A stretch of DNA of 64,000 nucleotides, from positions 85,374,001 through 85,438,000 of the forward strand of contig OX597818.1 in NCBI GenBank assembly GCA_951406725.2. Reading direction: 5' to 3'. Position 1 is the stretch's first letter, and the number at the start of each line of letters is the position of its first letter. Of this stretch, positions 1 to 14,975 are shown piece by piece. The DNA is from Octopus vulgaris (Eukaryota). The notes below the pieces were generated by a model, which was not told the origin of the DNA, did no database searches, and saw nothing but the letters and a program-made list of their open reading frames with translations. Both the position numbers and the translations under genes were made by a program.

Positions 1-237
1 AAACAGGGTCTCTTTACTCAATATATGGTACAGTATATTGTATGATACTACTCAATATTTAGAGATTTCTGGAAGCTGGATAAGAGGTCCCATACTGTAA
101 TATCATTTCAGGTGGTTATTATGAATTTCGGTGTAGGTATTCCACATTATGCATGTGACTAGCTGTGGTGTTGCTTACTTACTAGAAAAGATGGGGTGGC
201 ATTGACAATTGGGTGGGCGTCAGTACTACCATCACTT

Positions 238-271
<34 letters not shown>

Positions 272-1739
272 CACTACTACTACCTTTATTGCCTACATGT
301 CAGCTGCAGATTATGGTTTGATGGATGGAGTCCTAAATAGTGCTGGGGACATTTTTAACACTCTTGCTACTGCGGCTATCAAAGCTCCTGGCATGCAGCT
401 GTCTCTGATTATGATGTGTGTGCATGCATGCGCATGTGTGTGTGTGGGGGGCGTGTCTGTCTTTATTAGAGTTGTTGTTGTTGTTTGTGTTGTACTTTCA
501 TATGAAGACCATATAGTGGCCATTTTGTTTTGCCTGCAACAGACATAGCAATGGTTGTTTGTGATTAATCGTGGTGATAGATGGATAGAGATGATGAAAG
601 AGGCAATGGTGGTGGCAGCTGATGCTAGTGATGGTGGTTGTACCGTGGTATTTGCTTGTAGGGGATAGTAATGGTAGTAGTGATGGTTCTAGTGGATGCA
701 ATGGTGGTAGTAGTGGGTTGTAGTGGATGGTGATGCTAGAGGTAGTAGTAGCGATGGTAGTGGATGGTGATGGTAGTGGTCATTGTAGTGGACTGTTGTA
801 GTGTCAGTAGTAGTAACGGTGGTGGTAGTAGTAGTAGTAGTAGTAAGTTTGCTAGTGGTGGTGGGAGTCACGGCAATAGCAGCAGCAGCTGCAAGAATGA
901 CAATTGTAAAACCGAGAGGTGTGTTCCGCTCTTCATTTCTCTTTCACATCTACAGCCCTCATGACATTTTTATTTTAGCAGTCACTTCACCCCTACCCTA
1001 CATAATTTCTAAAGATGATAACAAGAACAACAACACTTATAATAAGCCTATGGCACCAGCACCAAGCACAGTTAATAGTTGACCAGCATTTTCATTTATA
1101 TATATATCTGTGTATTTGTATGTGTGTGTGTGTGTGTGTGTATTTCTAGTTTACCTTCAAATTCCCCTGAGGCATCTTATACAATTTGTGTCCACCTTTC
1201 CTTGTGGAAACCATGATCCATGGAGTGATGGGCATGTGTGGAGGGGAGTGACGAAGGTATTGAAGAAGTTGTTGGATGATTGTGGTTGGCAGTTGAGTCC
1301 CTGGGCGGAGGCTGCTTATATGTTTGTGTCTGAGAAATGGAGTGTGATGAAAGATAGTAAATAAGAAAGTTTTGAGAGATAGGGAGAGAGCACAAGTAGG
1401 AAAAACTGAAATGTGTTAGAGAAATAAGGGGCTTTTGCTGGCATTTGTGTGTGTGTGTATCTTTCTGAGTCTTTGTGTGTATGTATGTCTCTCTTTGTGT
1501 GCATCTGTGCATGTGTGTGTATATTTCTGCATGCATCTGTATGTGTGTGCATATGTATGTGTGAAACTGTTGACAGAACATGAAAGCTGCAGATATTAAT
1601 ATGTGAAGTGGGATGTGGGAATGGAGTGCTGTAGGTAGGTAGGTAGGTTGGTTGGTTGATAGTAGGGGTAATGTGTATGAAGCAGAAACAGAGAAGAAAT
1701 GACCACTGGCTCGTAAAAGTTCTGATAGGATGTGGGCAT

Positions 1740-1778
<39 letters not shown>

Positions 1779-2299
1779 GAGGGATGGTAAACTGTCCAGA
1801 ATAGTGGCAAGGATAGTAAGGGATAGGATAAGGGTCAGGTGAATGGTGGATCGTTCTAATGTTCAAGGGAAAAGATATATTAAGTTTGAAGAAGAAAAGA
1901 GGAAATAAAAAATGAGTGGGAGGAGGAAGAGGAGGGGTGGGGAAAGGAGGAAGAAGAGAAGACAAATCTTTTTGTATGTGTGTGTATTTCCAAGGATTGA
2001 AAATACAGAAGCACTTATACCCATACATACATACTATATATATACATATATATATATACGCGAGAAAAAAGCAACATATATACACATACACACACACACG
2101 TATGTGTGTAGAAATCTGGGTACATATACACAAATACTACATGCAGACAAACACACACGCGTGATGAAAAGCACATCCTTGTAAAGGTATATGCACATAA
2201 ACATACACTACACACAATACATATATTTATATATATATATATATACACACACACATTTGCACATGCATGCACACAGACACACACACAAGCCAGTGCACT

Positions 2300-3185
2300 A
2301 AGGCAGCAAACTGACAGAATCATTAGCACACCAGACAAAATATTTAGTGATATTTCTTCCACCTCCTTGCATTCCAAGTTCAAATGCCACCGAGGTTGAC
2401 TTTATTTTATCAACCATGAAAGGATGAAAGGCAAAGTAGCAGCGAATTACTTGGGCTGATGATATCAGCCTACTTGTTCCCTTCAAAATTGCTGGCCTTG
2501 TACCAAAATTAGAAGGAATCATTATTACTATTACCAAGGCGATAATCTGGCAGAGTCGTTAGTATGCTGGACAAAATGCTTAGTAGAATTATGTCTGCCT
2601 ATACATTCTGAGTTCAAATTCCCTGAGGTTGACTTTGCTTTTCATAGTTTCAGGGTTGATGAAGTAAGTACCAGTTGAGCTCTGGGGTTGATGTAATCAA
2701 CTTACCCACTGCTCTGAACTTGCTGGCCTTGTGCCAAAATATGAAACCATAATTATTAAGGTGGTGAGCTGATAGTATCATTAGCATGTTGGACAAAATG
2801 CTTAGCAGCATTTTGTTAGCCTATATGTTCTGAGTTCAAATTCCACTGAGGTCAACTTTCCCTTTCATGATTTCAGGGTTCATGGAATAAGTACCAGTTG
2901 TATTCTGGGCTAGCACCCTCCCACTAAATTTCAGGGCTTGTGCTTATAGTAGAAAAAATTATTCCTAGTATGCAAGGTCACACCATTGTTAATGCATCAG
3001 GGAAAATGCTTAGCAGCAGTTTTTTCCAGCTCTGTTCTGAGTTCAAATTCTGCTGAAGTTGACTTTGGTTTTCATCCTTTCAAGGTCAGTGAAAGTAATT
3101 ACCCGTAAAGTACTTGGGTTGATGTGATTAACTCACCCACACCCCTTAAATTTGCTGGCCTTGTGCCAAAATTTGAAAGAAATAT
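2300..3185 (+). mobile_element. Four head-to-tail copies of tRNA-derived SINE family A
   Basis: Repeated ~220 bp unit: GAGCTGGCAGAA A-box-like head, GAGTTCAAATTC B-box-like motif, core GACTTTGCTTTTCAT..GGGTTGAT..AAGTACCAG, tail GGCCTTGTGCCAAAATTTGAAA, with short ATT linkers. The core resembles the Meta/MESC SINE domain (recalled). Confidence 0.85.
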
Positions 3186-3574
3186 TTTTGGTTACAAAGA
3201 GGGTTGCCTTGTTGGTTCAAGATTAAGTTTCTTGCATGACATAAAGTTGAATAAATTAAAGTTGAGTTTTATTTGTCCCATTCATTTTTTTGAAAGAAAG
3301 CAGAAAAAAAAAAACAATGTAAAGTCACAAAAGATGGAGCTTTGAAACAACATAAATTGAGGTATGCTTTTGTGTGTGTGTGTCTGTGTGTGTGTAGGGC
3401 TTCCTTACTTGAAACCAATAGTAGCCTTAAGATACTAAGAAAAGAATTTTTATTCACCAATGCAGTGTTGAGCATTCTCGTTGTTTGATATTTACATGTA
3501 TGTGTGTATATAGAATAAATGAAAAATGTATGGTAGATAAACATACGACATAACATATCGTATATATGTATATA

Positions 3575-3775
3575 TTTAGGTGTGTGTCCTTGTGTCTGTG
3601 TTTGTATACCCCATCATTTGATGTGGTTTGGCAAAAGAGGCTGATAGAATAAGTATTAGGCTTACAAAGAATAAGTCCTGGGGTTGATTTCTTTAACTAT
3701 AACCCTGTAAAGTGGTATTCAAGCATGGCTGCAGTCAAATGACTGAAACAAGTAAAAGAATAAATAAAAGAATAC
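3575..3775 (+). mobile_element. SINE family B, 3' half
   Basis: GGCAAAAGAGGCTGATAGAATAAGTATTAGGCTTACAAAGAATAAGTCCTGGGG...CAGTCAAATGACTGAAACAAGTAAAAGA matches the 3' half of the copy at 10735-11150. Confidence 0.8.
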
Positions 3776-3816
<41 letters not shown>

Positions 3817-3819
3817 TAG

Positions 3820-3854
<35 letters not shown>

Positions 3855-3883
3855 CATGTATATACAAATATATATACATACAC

Positions 3884-3917
<34 letters not shown>

Positions 3918-4848
3918 TTTTACATGTATACATACATATATATACATATATACATACACATATATATATATATATACATATATACATACACATATATATA
4001 TATACATATATACATACATTATATATTTGAAAGATAAACAGATCATGTCCTTACAATGGTGAACTATTACTTGGTGGATGACACAAGGTTATGTTGACTA
4101 CTAGATACAAGTCATTATGTTTGTTACTTTGCTTTTTTTTTCTTTTACTAGTTGTCTATTGTCATATTGACTTGTCTTGATTGTACTTTTGGAGTAAAAG
4201 AAATATAAAAGTAAACTAAAAAAAAGATTGCATAAAAAAACCCACTATTCTATAAACTCACTCTATTGATTGATGACTAATGCTGAAATAATTTTTTTAC
4301 TCCCTCTTTATTTCGTTTTTATTTCTATTAAAGAAAAATTAGGTATGTGTAAAGAAAGAGACAAATAGAAATATCAGAAAAAGCATATCTTAGCTTCTTG
4401 GGAGAAAAAAAAAGTTTTTTTTTTTCTCTGGTGTATTTTTGTGACATTGTTGTGATTCTTAGCGCAGTTCTTGAACAGGAATCTAAACACACTTTCAACA
4501 CCATTCCATTGCCAATATTTTCATCACTCATTCCTTTTTCTCACTCAAGGCTGACTCTTTTATTTAAGAGTACATCTTACCATTAACAGTACATCGTAAC
4601 CATACTGTGCTTACCCCTGGCCTATCCTGTTTGAGTGTGTAATGTGTGCATGAATGCATTAAAAGACAGACATTTATACATATACACACTCACTCTGGCA
4701 TGTGGAGAGCTATGTACACCTACACATGTTTAGTATGTGGATATTCTCACTTGCTATATTTGTTTCGTATCCAAGTAAACAAATAAACTATCCATTTTTT
4801 TAAACATCTACCCTAGAATGTTCTTTTAAAACAGTCCCCCTTGTTCTT

Positions 4849-5430
4849 TTAATTCTTTTCCTACCAACTTTCAAGACTGCCCCTGGTATATTAGGATAAA
4901 AATCCCATGTTTTGAAGTTACCTGAATGAAAACCTTCCATTAAAATTTCATATTCCATATTTTTTGTGGCTCACAAGTCAAATTTTAAAAAAAAAAGTTT
5001 ACAGCTCCCCAAATAGTAGGTTGACTTTATATGCCTAGACGACTTCAGAGTCTCAAAAATTCTATGTGAAATGCAGTAGGATTTGGAAAGACAATGGTGA
5101 TATTTGAATGTTTGTACTATATACTGCATTGACTTCTGTGGCAGGGTATATGGTAATTTAAGTTCCAATTACCAACTTAATGAAAGACTAATTTTTTTCA
5201 TTATCATCATCATCATCATCATCATTTAATGTATTTTTTACATGCTCCCATGGATCAGACAGGATTTGTTCAGGCAGATTTTTGTAGTCTTCTGCCTGTT
5301 CAGTCTTCTGCCTGGTCAGCTCCTGTCAAATTGTCAGCATGGAAGGTAGACATTAAAAGATGATGATGATGATGATGGCTGGAACAAAAGGAAAGCATTT
5401 CAAGTCAAAATATGGTAACAAAAGGGTTAA
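4849..5430. mobile_element. piggyBac-like MITE family E, interrupted by later insertions
   Basis: Left part matches 8554-8783; right end TATGGTAACAAAAGGGTTAA; SINE-D fragments at ~5200-5378 lie inside. Confidence 0.55.
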
Positions 5431-6011
5431 ACAACCACCCACCTTAGACACTTTATTTATACAGTTGCCTACCCCACAAATGCTCTTTTAAATGTCCACC
5501 CAACCTCGAATGTTCTTGCTGTAGTTAGAGGCAATTAATGAAATTCATACACCACTCCAAGTTCTCTTCTGTAAGAACATCTAATCCCCAACTCTCATGA
5601 ATGCAGATTTTAGTGGTGGTGGTGGTGGTGCTGCTGCTGCTGCTATTGCTATTTGTTTTGTTACCATGGTAATATTCACAACTGTTGTGCACTCTCACAT
5701 GCATGTGTGTGTGTGCGTATGTGTATGTATGTGTTTCTACTTAACCCAAATAACTGCAAGCTCTTCACCTTTCACCTCTCCTTGTTTTCTTACTCCCTTC
5801 ACCTTCCATTTTACCTCATCAACTTCAAATTCTGACCTTTTCCTGATGATGCTAAATGTTTTCTCTCTCACTCATTCACTCACACATCCACACATACACA
5901 TACACACCGATGCATGCAAACACCTCTATACGAATGTGCATGTACATACTTCTCTGCAGAAAATACATGTGTCCACTATCTCAAATGTACATCTATACAC
6001 AACACATATAG

Positions 6012-8029
<2,018 letters not shown>

Positions 8030-8059
8030 CATCTGTGTGTGTGTAATTATATATATGCA

Positions 8060-8430
8060 TATCTTTTACTTGTTTGTAGTCATTGGACTATGCCCATGCT
8101 GGAGCACCACCTTGAAAGTTTTAGTCAACAAAATTGACTTCAGTACTTATTGTTTTGAAACCCAGTACTTTTTATGAGGGGGTAGTAAAAAGTTCCTGGT
8201 TTTAAGGGTTTTGTGAAAGGCTTGGTTGGAGGCCCAACCCTCTGAGTTCTTTTACAGGGCTTAGAAAAACTAAAGGACCATTAATTGTGTGAATCTGTGA
8301 GGGGAATATGTTGAATAAAATCATAAATAACTGTTTTTCTTTTACCCAAAGCCAAGTGCTTTTCAGCATCCCCTCATATTGTTCACTTTTTGCTGACTTA
8401 AACCATGTGGTTAAGAAGCAAGTTTCTTAC
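8060..8430 (-). mobile_element. SINE family B (deleted copy) interrupted by a mariner MITE
   Basis: CTTTTACTTGTTTGTAGTCATTGGACT..CCATGCTGGAGCACCACC is the reverse complement of the family B tail; homology resumes after 8378. Confidence 0.7.
8173..8378. mobile_element. Tc1/mariner-type MITE with TA target duplication
   Basis: TA|TGAGGGGGTAGTAAAAAGTTCCTGGTTTT ... AAAGCCAAGTGCTTTTCAGCATCCCCTCA|TA: imperfect ~29 bp TIRs flanked by TA. Confidence 0.85.
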
Positions 8431-8553
8431 AGCACATGTGTCTCATAGCCTTTTGACATTAACCAGCCCCAACCAGATCCCTTCTGGTTCTTCTGGCAGT
8501 TTGATACAAAATCATCTTACTCCTTAACAACCTTTTGTTATATACTAAACAGC

Positions 8554-8783
8554 TTAATCCCTTATGTTACCAACTTGCCTGAAACTGCCCCAAGTTCTAT
8601 GATATAAATAAATCTACCATTTGAAAAGGGTTTGAATTATAATCTTCCTTGAAAATTTTATGTTAAATTGTTCCAGGCTCCAGCTTAATAATTAGAAAGT
8701 TATTTTACTTAAATTCTTCATTGTTTTAAAAAGTAATCGAAACAAAGGCAGCAAATGTTAACAGAAATATGGTAACAAAAGGG
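8554..8783. mobile_element. piggyBac-like MITE family E
   Basis: TTAATCCCTTATGTTACCA ... TGGTAACAAAAGGG termini; reverse-complement similarity to 9831-10060 and 34801-35003. Confidence 0.75.
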
Positions 8784-8944
8784 GAAAGGTACCAATAAGT
8801 GACAGTTATTTTACTAAATCCCTCCAGATTGCATATTATTTTCAAAAATAATTAAACCACAAGTTCATTCTTAAAGAAATATGAGGGTAATAGGGTTAAA
8901 GCTAATTGATATATCAATAATATTCATTTTAAATATGTAGTAGT

Positions 8945-9140
8945 TTAAACCCTTGTGCATTTAAACCAGCCATACCCAGCTGAAATATTCTACTTGTTTT
9001 ATGTTCATGCTGGTCAGATCTGGCTTCTCATATCTGTCCTACAATGTCATTCTAAAAATAAACAATCACATCATTAAAATCAGCAATGTGAGTAAATAAG
9101 CATTACATTTGCCAGACTAATTTGAATGCTAGAGGGTTAA
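8945..9140. mobile_element. piggyBac-like MITE family F
   Basis: TTAAACCCTTGTGCATTTAAA ... TTTGAATGCTAGAGGGTTAA; internal match to 55143-55370 and 62167-62333. Confidence 0.8.
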
Positions 9141-9344
9141 TGTTGGTGATGTTTAATGGATAATGTACTCATCTGTAGCATTGGTGGAGTATTAATGATT
9201 AGTTAACTATGCACTCCAAATTACACTCCTCTTACACCTCCCCCCTCACTTAGTATATTTTGACTCAATTTGTCACTCTTCCAGCTTCTCTATGTGCCTT
9301 TTAATGCTTCTACAATGTTTCAGTTCATGCAAATAAACTATAGA

Positions 9345-9672
9345 ACACACACACAGGCTTCCTACATGCCTATGATGGATTCTCCCATCGGAGATGACAT
9401 GTAAGCATTTAGCTTTTGTCGATCAACCTGCACAAATGATCTGTTTCTAGTGATCAAATGTTCATGTCACACATGAGCTCACTCTCTCCGTCAAATTGAC
9501 ATTGACTGAACAGGTGCACTGTGTACCACGTGTCAGGTGTCGAAGTGATTACAGAGCAACGTGAGATGAAGTGTTTTGCTCAAGAATGCAACACACCACC
9601 TGGTCTAGGGTTTGAAATCATGATCTAGTGATTGTGAGTACAACACCCTAATCACTAAGCCATGTGCCCTCA
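9345..9672 (-). mobile_element. SINE family C
   Basis: Reverse complement of the head GGCACATGGCTTAGTG..TAGGGTGTTG and the core TTCTTGAGCAAAACACTTCATCTCACGTTGCTC. Confidence 0.8.
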
Positions 9673-9689
9673 CTATATATATGTGTATG

Positions 9690-9738
<49 letters not shown>

Positions 9739-9830
9739 GGCTTCCTGTAGTTTCCATTGACAAGGAGGTTGATCAGTCTGAAACTATACTAGAAAACACC
9801 TGCTCCACTGCCTGGAACTATGCAGCCTTA

Positions 9831-10060
9831 TTGAACCCTTTTATTACCCTATTTCAGTTGAAATATACTGCCTCTGTTTTAATATATGCTGAAAATAATG
9901 AAGAATTTCGTAAAATAAAATTATCATTATTAGACTGGTGTTTGGAACATAAATAACTGTAAAAATTTTGGTGGAAGGTTTTAATGTCGATCCCTTTAAA
10001 ACAGAATTTGTATCATAGAACTAGGAGCGAGCAGTTTCAAGTTGGTTACAAAAGGGTTAA
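9831..10060. mobile_element. piggyBac-like MITE family E
   Basis: TTGAACCCTTTTATTACC ... GGTTACAAAAGGGTTAA termini; CCC/GGG ends next to TTAA. Confidence 0.8.
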
Positions 10061-10399
10061 GAGGAACCCTGCTAACCCAGTTAGTGGGAAGGCATTATAA
10101 AAGAAATGTCTTAAGCATCACTTGTTCCACAAGCTGCTCATATTACCGTGGCAACATTAACATCAATTAAAAACTAAGCAACACCATTAAAATATGTATG
10201 CAAATAGGTTAATTTAACTTTGGCAAAAAAGATAAACACTTTATTATAATAAATTTATTCAACATATATTTGTGTATAAATCTCTCTCTCTCTCTGTATA
10301 AATCTCTTTCTCTCTCTCTATATATATATAAATCCCCCATCTCTCTCTCTCTCCCTCCTACTGAGGTAGCCATTTATTTTATTTTCTGCAAGATGCTTA

Positions 10400-10720
10400 T
10401 TTCTGTCCCTGTACTCATACTCTAACCTCTCATCTAGCACAAGGCCACCTTCCTTAATACCACTACTCCCTTCAATTGAGACAGCAGGTGGGGTCTTGTC
10501 ATGTAAATTATTTGGTGACCTCACTGCTGTTGGTGCCACATAAAAAGCCCCTAGTTCACTCTGTAAATTGCTTGGCATTAGGAGGAGCACCCAGCTGTAA
10601 AAAAACAATACCAAACCAGACAGTAGATTTTGGTGCAGTCTTCTGACTTGCCAGCACCTGTCAAATTGTCCAACCCATGCCAGCAAAAACAGAAAAATAA
10701 AAACTGACATGAAATTATGA
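10400..10720 (+). mobile_element. SINE family D (GGAAGGGCATCCAG-type tail)
   Basis: GGTGCCACATAAAAAGC...GGCATTAGGAGGAGCACCCAGCTGTAAAA...TCCAACCCATGCCAGC, shared with the copies at 48600, 50905 and 57918. Confidence 0.75.
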
Positions 10721-10734
10721 AGATGTTTTATATA

Positions 10735-10896
10735 GGAATGGGTGTGGCTGTGTGGTAAGAAGCTTGCTTCCTAACCACATGGTTCCAGGTTCAGTCCCAC
10801 TGTGTGGCACTTTGGGAAAGTGTCTTCTCCTATAGCCTCGGGCCAACCAAAACTTTGTAAGTGGATGTGGTAGACGGAAACTGAAAGAAGCCTATC

Positions 10897-10940
<44 letters not shown>

Positions 10941-11149
10941 TTATGTGTATGGGTGTTTGTGACTGTCTGTACCCCCACCATCGCTTGACAACTGATGTTG
11001 GTGTGTTTATGTCCCTGAAACTTAGCAGTTCAGCAAAAGAGACTGATGGAATAAGTACAAGGCTTACATAGAATAAGTCATAGTGTCAATTTCTTCGACT
11101 AAAGATGGTGCTCCAGCATGGCCACAGTCAAATGACTGAAACATGTAAA

Positions 11150-11150
<1 letters not shown>
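10735..11150 (+). mobile_element. Full-length tRNA-derived SINE family B with internal (TA)n/(TG)n
   Basis: A box TGGCTGTGTGG, B box GGTTCAGTCCC, then GGCACTTTGGGAAAGTGTCTT, internal microsatellite 10900-10940, tail GACTGAAACATGTAAAAG. Confidence 0.9.
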
Positions 11151-11207
<57 letters not shown>

Positions 11208-11209
11208 AG

Positions 11210-11895
11210 TAATCATTTTAGCATCCACTTTTCTGTGTTTCATTGGTTAGACTAAATTTGTTGAAGCAGGTTTTATATGGTCAGATGTCTTTACCAAATG
11301 CAAGCAGAAAATGTCAAACAATGTTCACAAGCAAGAGGAGAATCTTCATATATATGACATGACACCCAAGATGCCTATTAAACTATACATAACAGGTCCA
11401 TTTAGCTGAAGTCTTTATAGTAAACACACAGCTCTAAAAACACAGATCCTTAGCTAAACTATTCTCATTTATAACTATTATTAATATTAGTGTCTTGTCT
11501 TTCAGATTATATGAGTCGATATGGCTTGTTTGAATATATATGTGTGTGTGTGTATGTGTGTCTGTTCATTTGTGTGTATGTTCTTTTCCATGCAGAGTTG
11601 TTTCCTAGCAGGGTAGTATTTCCCCATGCTAAGCATATTTGTACTGACGATTGGAAAGGAACAAAACCACTTGTAAGATGGTGGTGCTCGTTTACAGCTA
11701 CAGATGTAACACAGTGTTGAGACAAGGAAGCACACACACACACGCATGCATGCATACATAACCCACATCCACATGGAGAATAGACATTAAATGATTATAT
11801 ATACACGCTATGGGCTTTTTCAGTTTCTTTCTTCTAAATCCACTCACAAGGATTTGCTTGGCTTGAATCTATTGCAGAAAACACTTCCACAAGGT
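11210..11895 (-). mobile_element. SINE B/D-tail variant split by a ~300 bp insertion
   Basis: 11212-11299 and 11600-11730 are adjacent parts of the same element, as seen intact at 54510-54925 and 55755-56205. Confidence 0.7.
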
Positions 11896-12328
11896 GTGTA
11901 TGTGTATGTGTGTGTGAGTGTGTGCATGCATGTGTATGCTTGAGCTTATATAAACATATGTATGTAGAGAAAGAAATCACTCATAACTACATGACTGTAT
12001 GCTGGAGGAAACAAAGCCACTGTCTCTGAGATTGATTGCAACAACTCTGCATGGAAAAGAACACACACACAAATGCACACACACACATATTCAAGCATAA
12101 AGCCATATCAACTCACATAATCTGAAAGACAAGACACTAATATTAATAATAGTTATAAATGAGAATAGTTTAGCTGAGCTTCTGTGTTTTTAGAGTTGTG
12201 TGTTTACTATAAAGATTCCAGCTAAATGGACCTGTTGTGTATAGTTTAATAGGCAGCTCGGGTGTCATGTCTTATAATATGAAGTTTCTGCTCTTGCTTG
12301 TGGACATTGTTTGACATTTTCCTCTTGC
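11300..12328. repeat. Long inverted repeat, arms 11300-11602 and 12040-12328
   Basis: For example AGCTAAACTATTCTCATTTATAACTATTATTAATATTAGTGTCTTGTCTTTCAGATTAT pairs exactly with ATAATCTGAAAGACAAGACACTAATATTAATAATAGTTATAAATGAGAATAGTTTAGCT. Confidence 0.95.
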
Positions 12329-13149
12329 TTTCAGGCAATCCTATTATGTATACAAACGCACGCACTACTGGTGTGGGAGATAGATGGAGAGAGAGGCAGT
12401 GATAGAGAGATGGGGAGCATGATGTGGGAGAAGAGAAAGATTGGGAGCATGGTGTTGCAAGAAAAAAGATAGAGAGAGAGAGAGGAATGGTTGTAGAGGA
12501 CAAGGTGAGACAAGGCTTCTGTTATAGACATGGGTTGATATAGTATTTGTAAGACTTGCATTTAATAACAAAAGATACATTGCCACTAACAATAATGGTG
12601 GTTTTTATCTTTTTGTTAGTTTTGCAATTTGTCCTCTCTGTGTGTGTATGTGTATGTATGAATTTGTGTACACACATTGAAATTCTTTGTCGGTATTTGC
12701 CCTCTGAAAAGTTTCTTCCTTGCCTTTCAATTGAGGCCTTTTGTATATATAGTATGCATGTGCACATCCGTATGTTTGCATTTTTTATGTTTGATCATGT
12801 TTGTGTTTTTTTCTTTTTTTTTTTCTGCACATGTAGAGTCTCTGAATTATGTTCTCTCAATTCACACACGTATATATACTTGCATAGATACATATACATA
12901 TAAAGAGGGTTGGAAGAAGACATAAAATAAAATAAATAAAAAATAGCTTTAAGATTACTGTAGGTTCTGCTAAAATAGAGAGCAAAGTTGATATTACCAT
13001 GGGTTGTAAGATAGTGGGGAAGGGTTGAGGGCTATGTTGTGTGTGTGTGTGAATGCTGGTTGTTTCCCTGTTCCATTTGTGTGTTTGTTTAATGGTGAGT
13101 ATGATGTCCTTACAGAAGTCTTGTATATTTTGGTGGTATTTGTTCATCT

Positions 13150-13520
13150 GCTTGACAAGCTCACAGAATTGTTTGTATGTTGCACAAAATGCATAGCACC
13201 TTCCAACTCTTTATGTTCCCAGTTCAAATTCTTCCAACTCTTTACGTTCTCAGTTCAAATTCTTCACAAGGCTGACTTTACTGTCCCTCCTTTCGGGGTT
13301 GATAAACTGGAGTAACAGCTAAGCACATAGTTTGAATGTATTGATCTCATTCCTACTGGTGCCAGTATATTCTGTAAAGTGGTTGATGTTAAGAAGGGCA
13401 TGCAGCCAAAGAAACTATATCAAAATAGACAGCAGGGTTTAATCTAGTCTTCTGATTTGCCAGTTCTTGTAGAACCATTCAACATATAGCATGCATAGAG
13501 AACAGTCATTAAATGATGAG
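13150..13520 (+). mobile_element. SINE A with a 31-bp internal tandem duplication, followed by a SINE D tail
   Basis: TTCCAACTCTTTAYGTTCYCAGTTCAAATTC occurs twice (13201-13262); AAGAAGGGCATGCAGCC tail at ~13390. Confidence 0.7.
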
Positions 13521-13814
13521 GATATATATATATTTAGTGAAAGAAAATATTCTATCTCTGCTTTGTTTGCTGTATATATAGGTATAAATGTTTTTATACT
13601 TAGTTATATATATAAAATTATTAAATTGAAGGATTTCTCAATACTTAGAGTATATATTTATTAATTCTTATAGGGAAAAAGATAGCAGTAACTTTAAGGT
13701 TTCAGTTTGCTCCTCTCCATCAGACAACCCAATGAAGGCAAACAATCCCAAACTTTAAAGTCACTATCAGCAGTCTTTTCCTCGCAAAAATAAATTTCTC
13801 TCTCTCATGCATGC

Positions 13815-13845
<31 letters not shown>

Positions 13846-13908
13846 CATGTGTCCATGTGTCTCCATATATAAATGTATGCATGAGTGTATGTATGCATAT
13901 GGATATGT

Positions 13909-13943
<35 letters not shown>

Positions 13944-14102
13944 CATGTATGTATGTGTATATAAATGTATGCATAAGTGTATGTATGCATATGAATATGT
14001 ATGTATGTATGTGTATATATATATATATACATACATGTATGCATGTGTATGTATATATGCATATATATATATATGTATGCATGTTTGTGTGTGTATGTAT
14101 AA

Positions 14103-14154
<52 letters not shown>

Positions 14155-14939
14155 TAAATAGAATATGGACGTTGTTGCTCGTGGCATTACATTGTGTACA
14201 TGCTTATTGATGCATTTATGCAAATCAACATTTATGTGGTGGGGTACATTGTAGAGGTGGCTGTTATATTTTGAGTGACTATTTGAGGAACCACTTGAGT
14301 GAAGGTCAGGTTGTTTCATTTAAGTAATATTTCATCATTATATATATTTCTTCTCCCCATCTCCACCCACCTGTACCTCACCTACAATTCACCCCGGGTG
14401 GTGAAGTTTTTAACATTTTTTATATTCTGTCTTTTATTCTTGTATATCCTTTTATTTTCAGTGTCCTCCTCTCACCCATTCTATTTTCCCCTTTCACTCT
14501 CCTTGCTTATCTCCTCCTCATACACATGTGCATAATGCATTCTATTCATGGATGCGTGCATACTCAAAAACTTGTACGTTTACTCATTCAATACTTAAAA
14601 TGCATATATTTTAAAGGTAAATGATTCCCCTCCACCCCACTCCACACACTCACACACTGCTAATATACAAATAAAATACAAATAAAATGTTTTTCCCTAC
14701 ATGTAGATCATGCATATATATTTCATGTATACATTTACACACATACACACACACACTGCTAATATATATATAGTCCGTTATGCACACACAAATACATACA
14801 TTTATCTGTACATATACATACATCCACATATACATACTTGCAGTGGATCATGCATATATATTTTATGTATGCATTTACACATAGACACACATTTTCTTTC
14901 TCTCTTTCACACTTCTATGTATTGTCTAACATGCACATG

Positions 14940-14975
<36 letters not shown>

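Noticed and set aside
1177-2133. 318 aa minus-strand ORF
   Set aside because: Made of CA/TG and purine-tract low-complexity DNA; no domain or splice support.
10735-10810. tRNA gene
   Set aside because: A/B boxes belong to SINE heads that continue into SINE bodies; no complete cloverleaf. The same applies to other copies.
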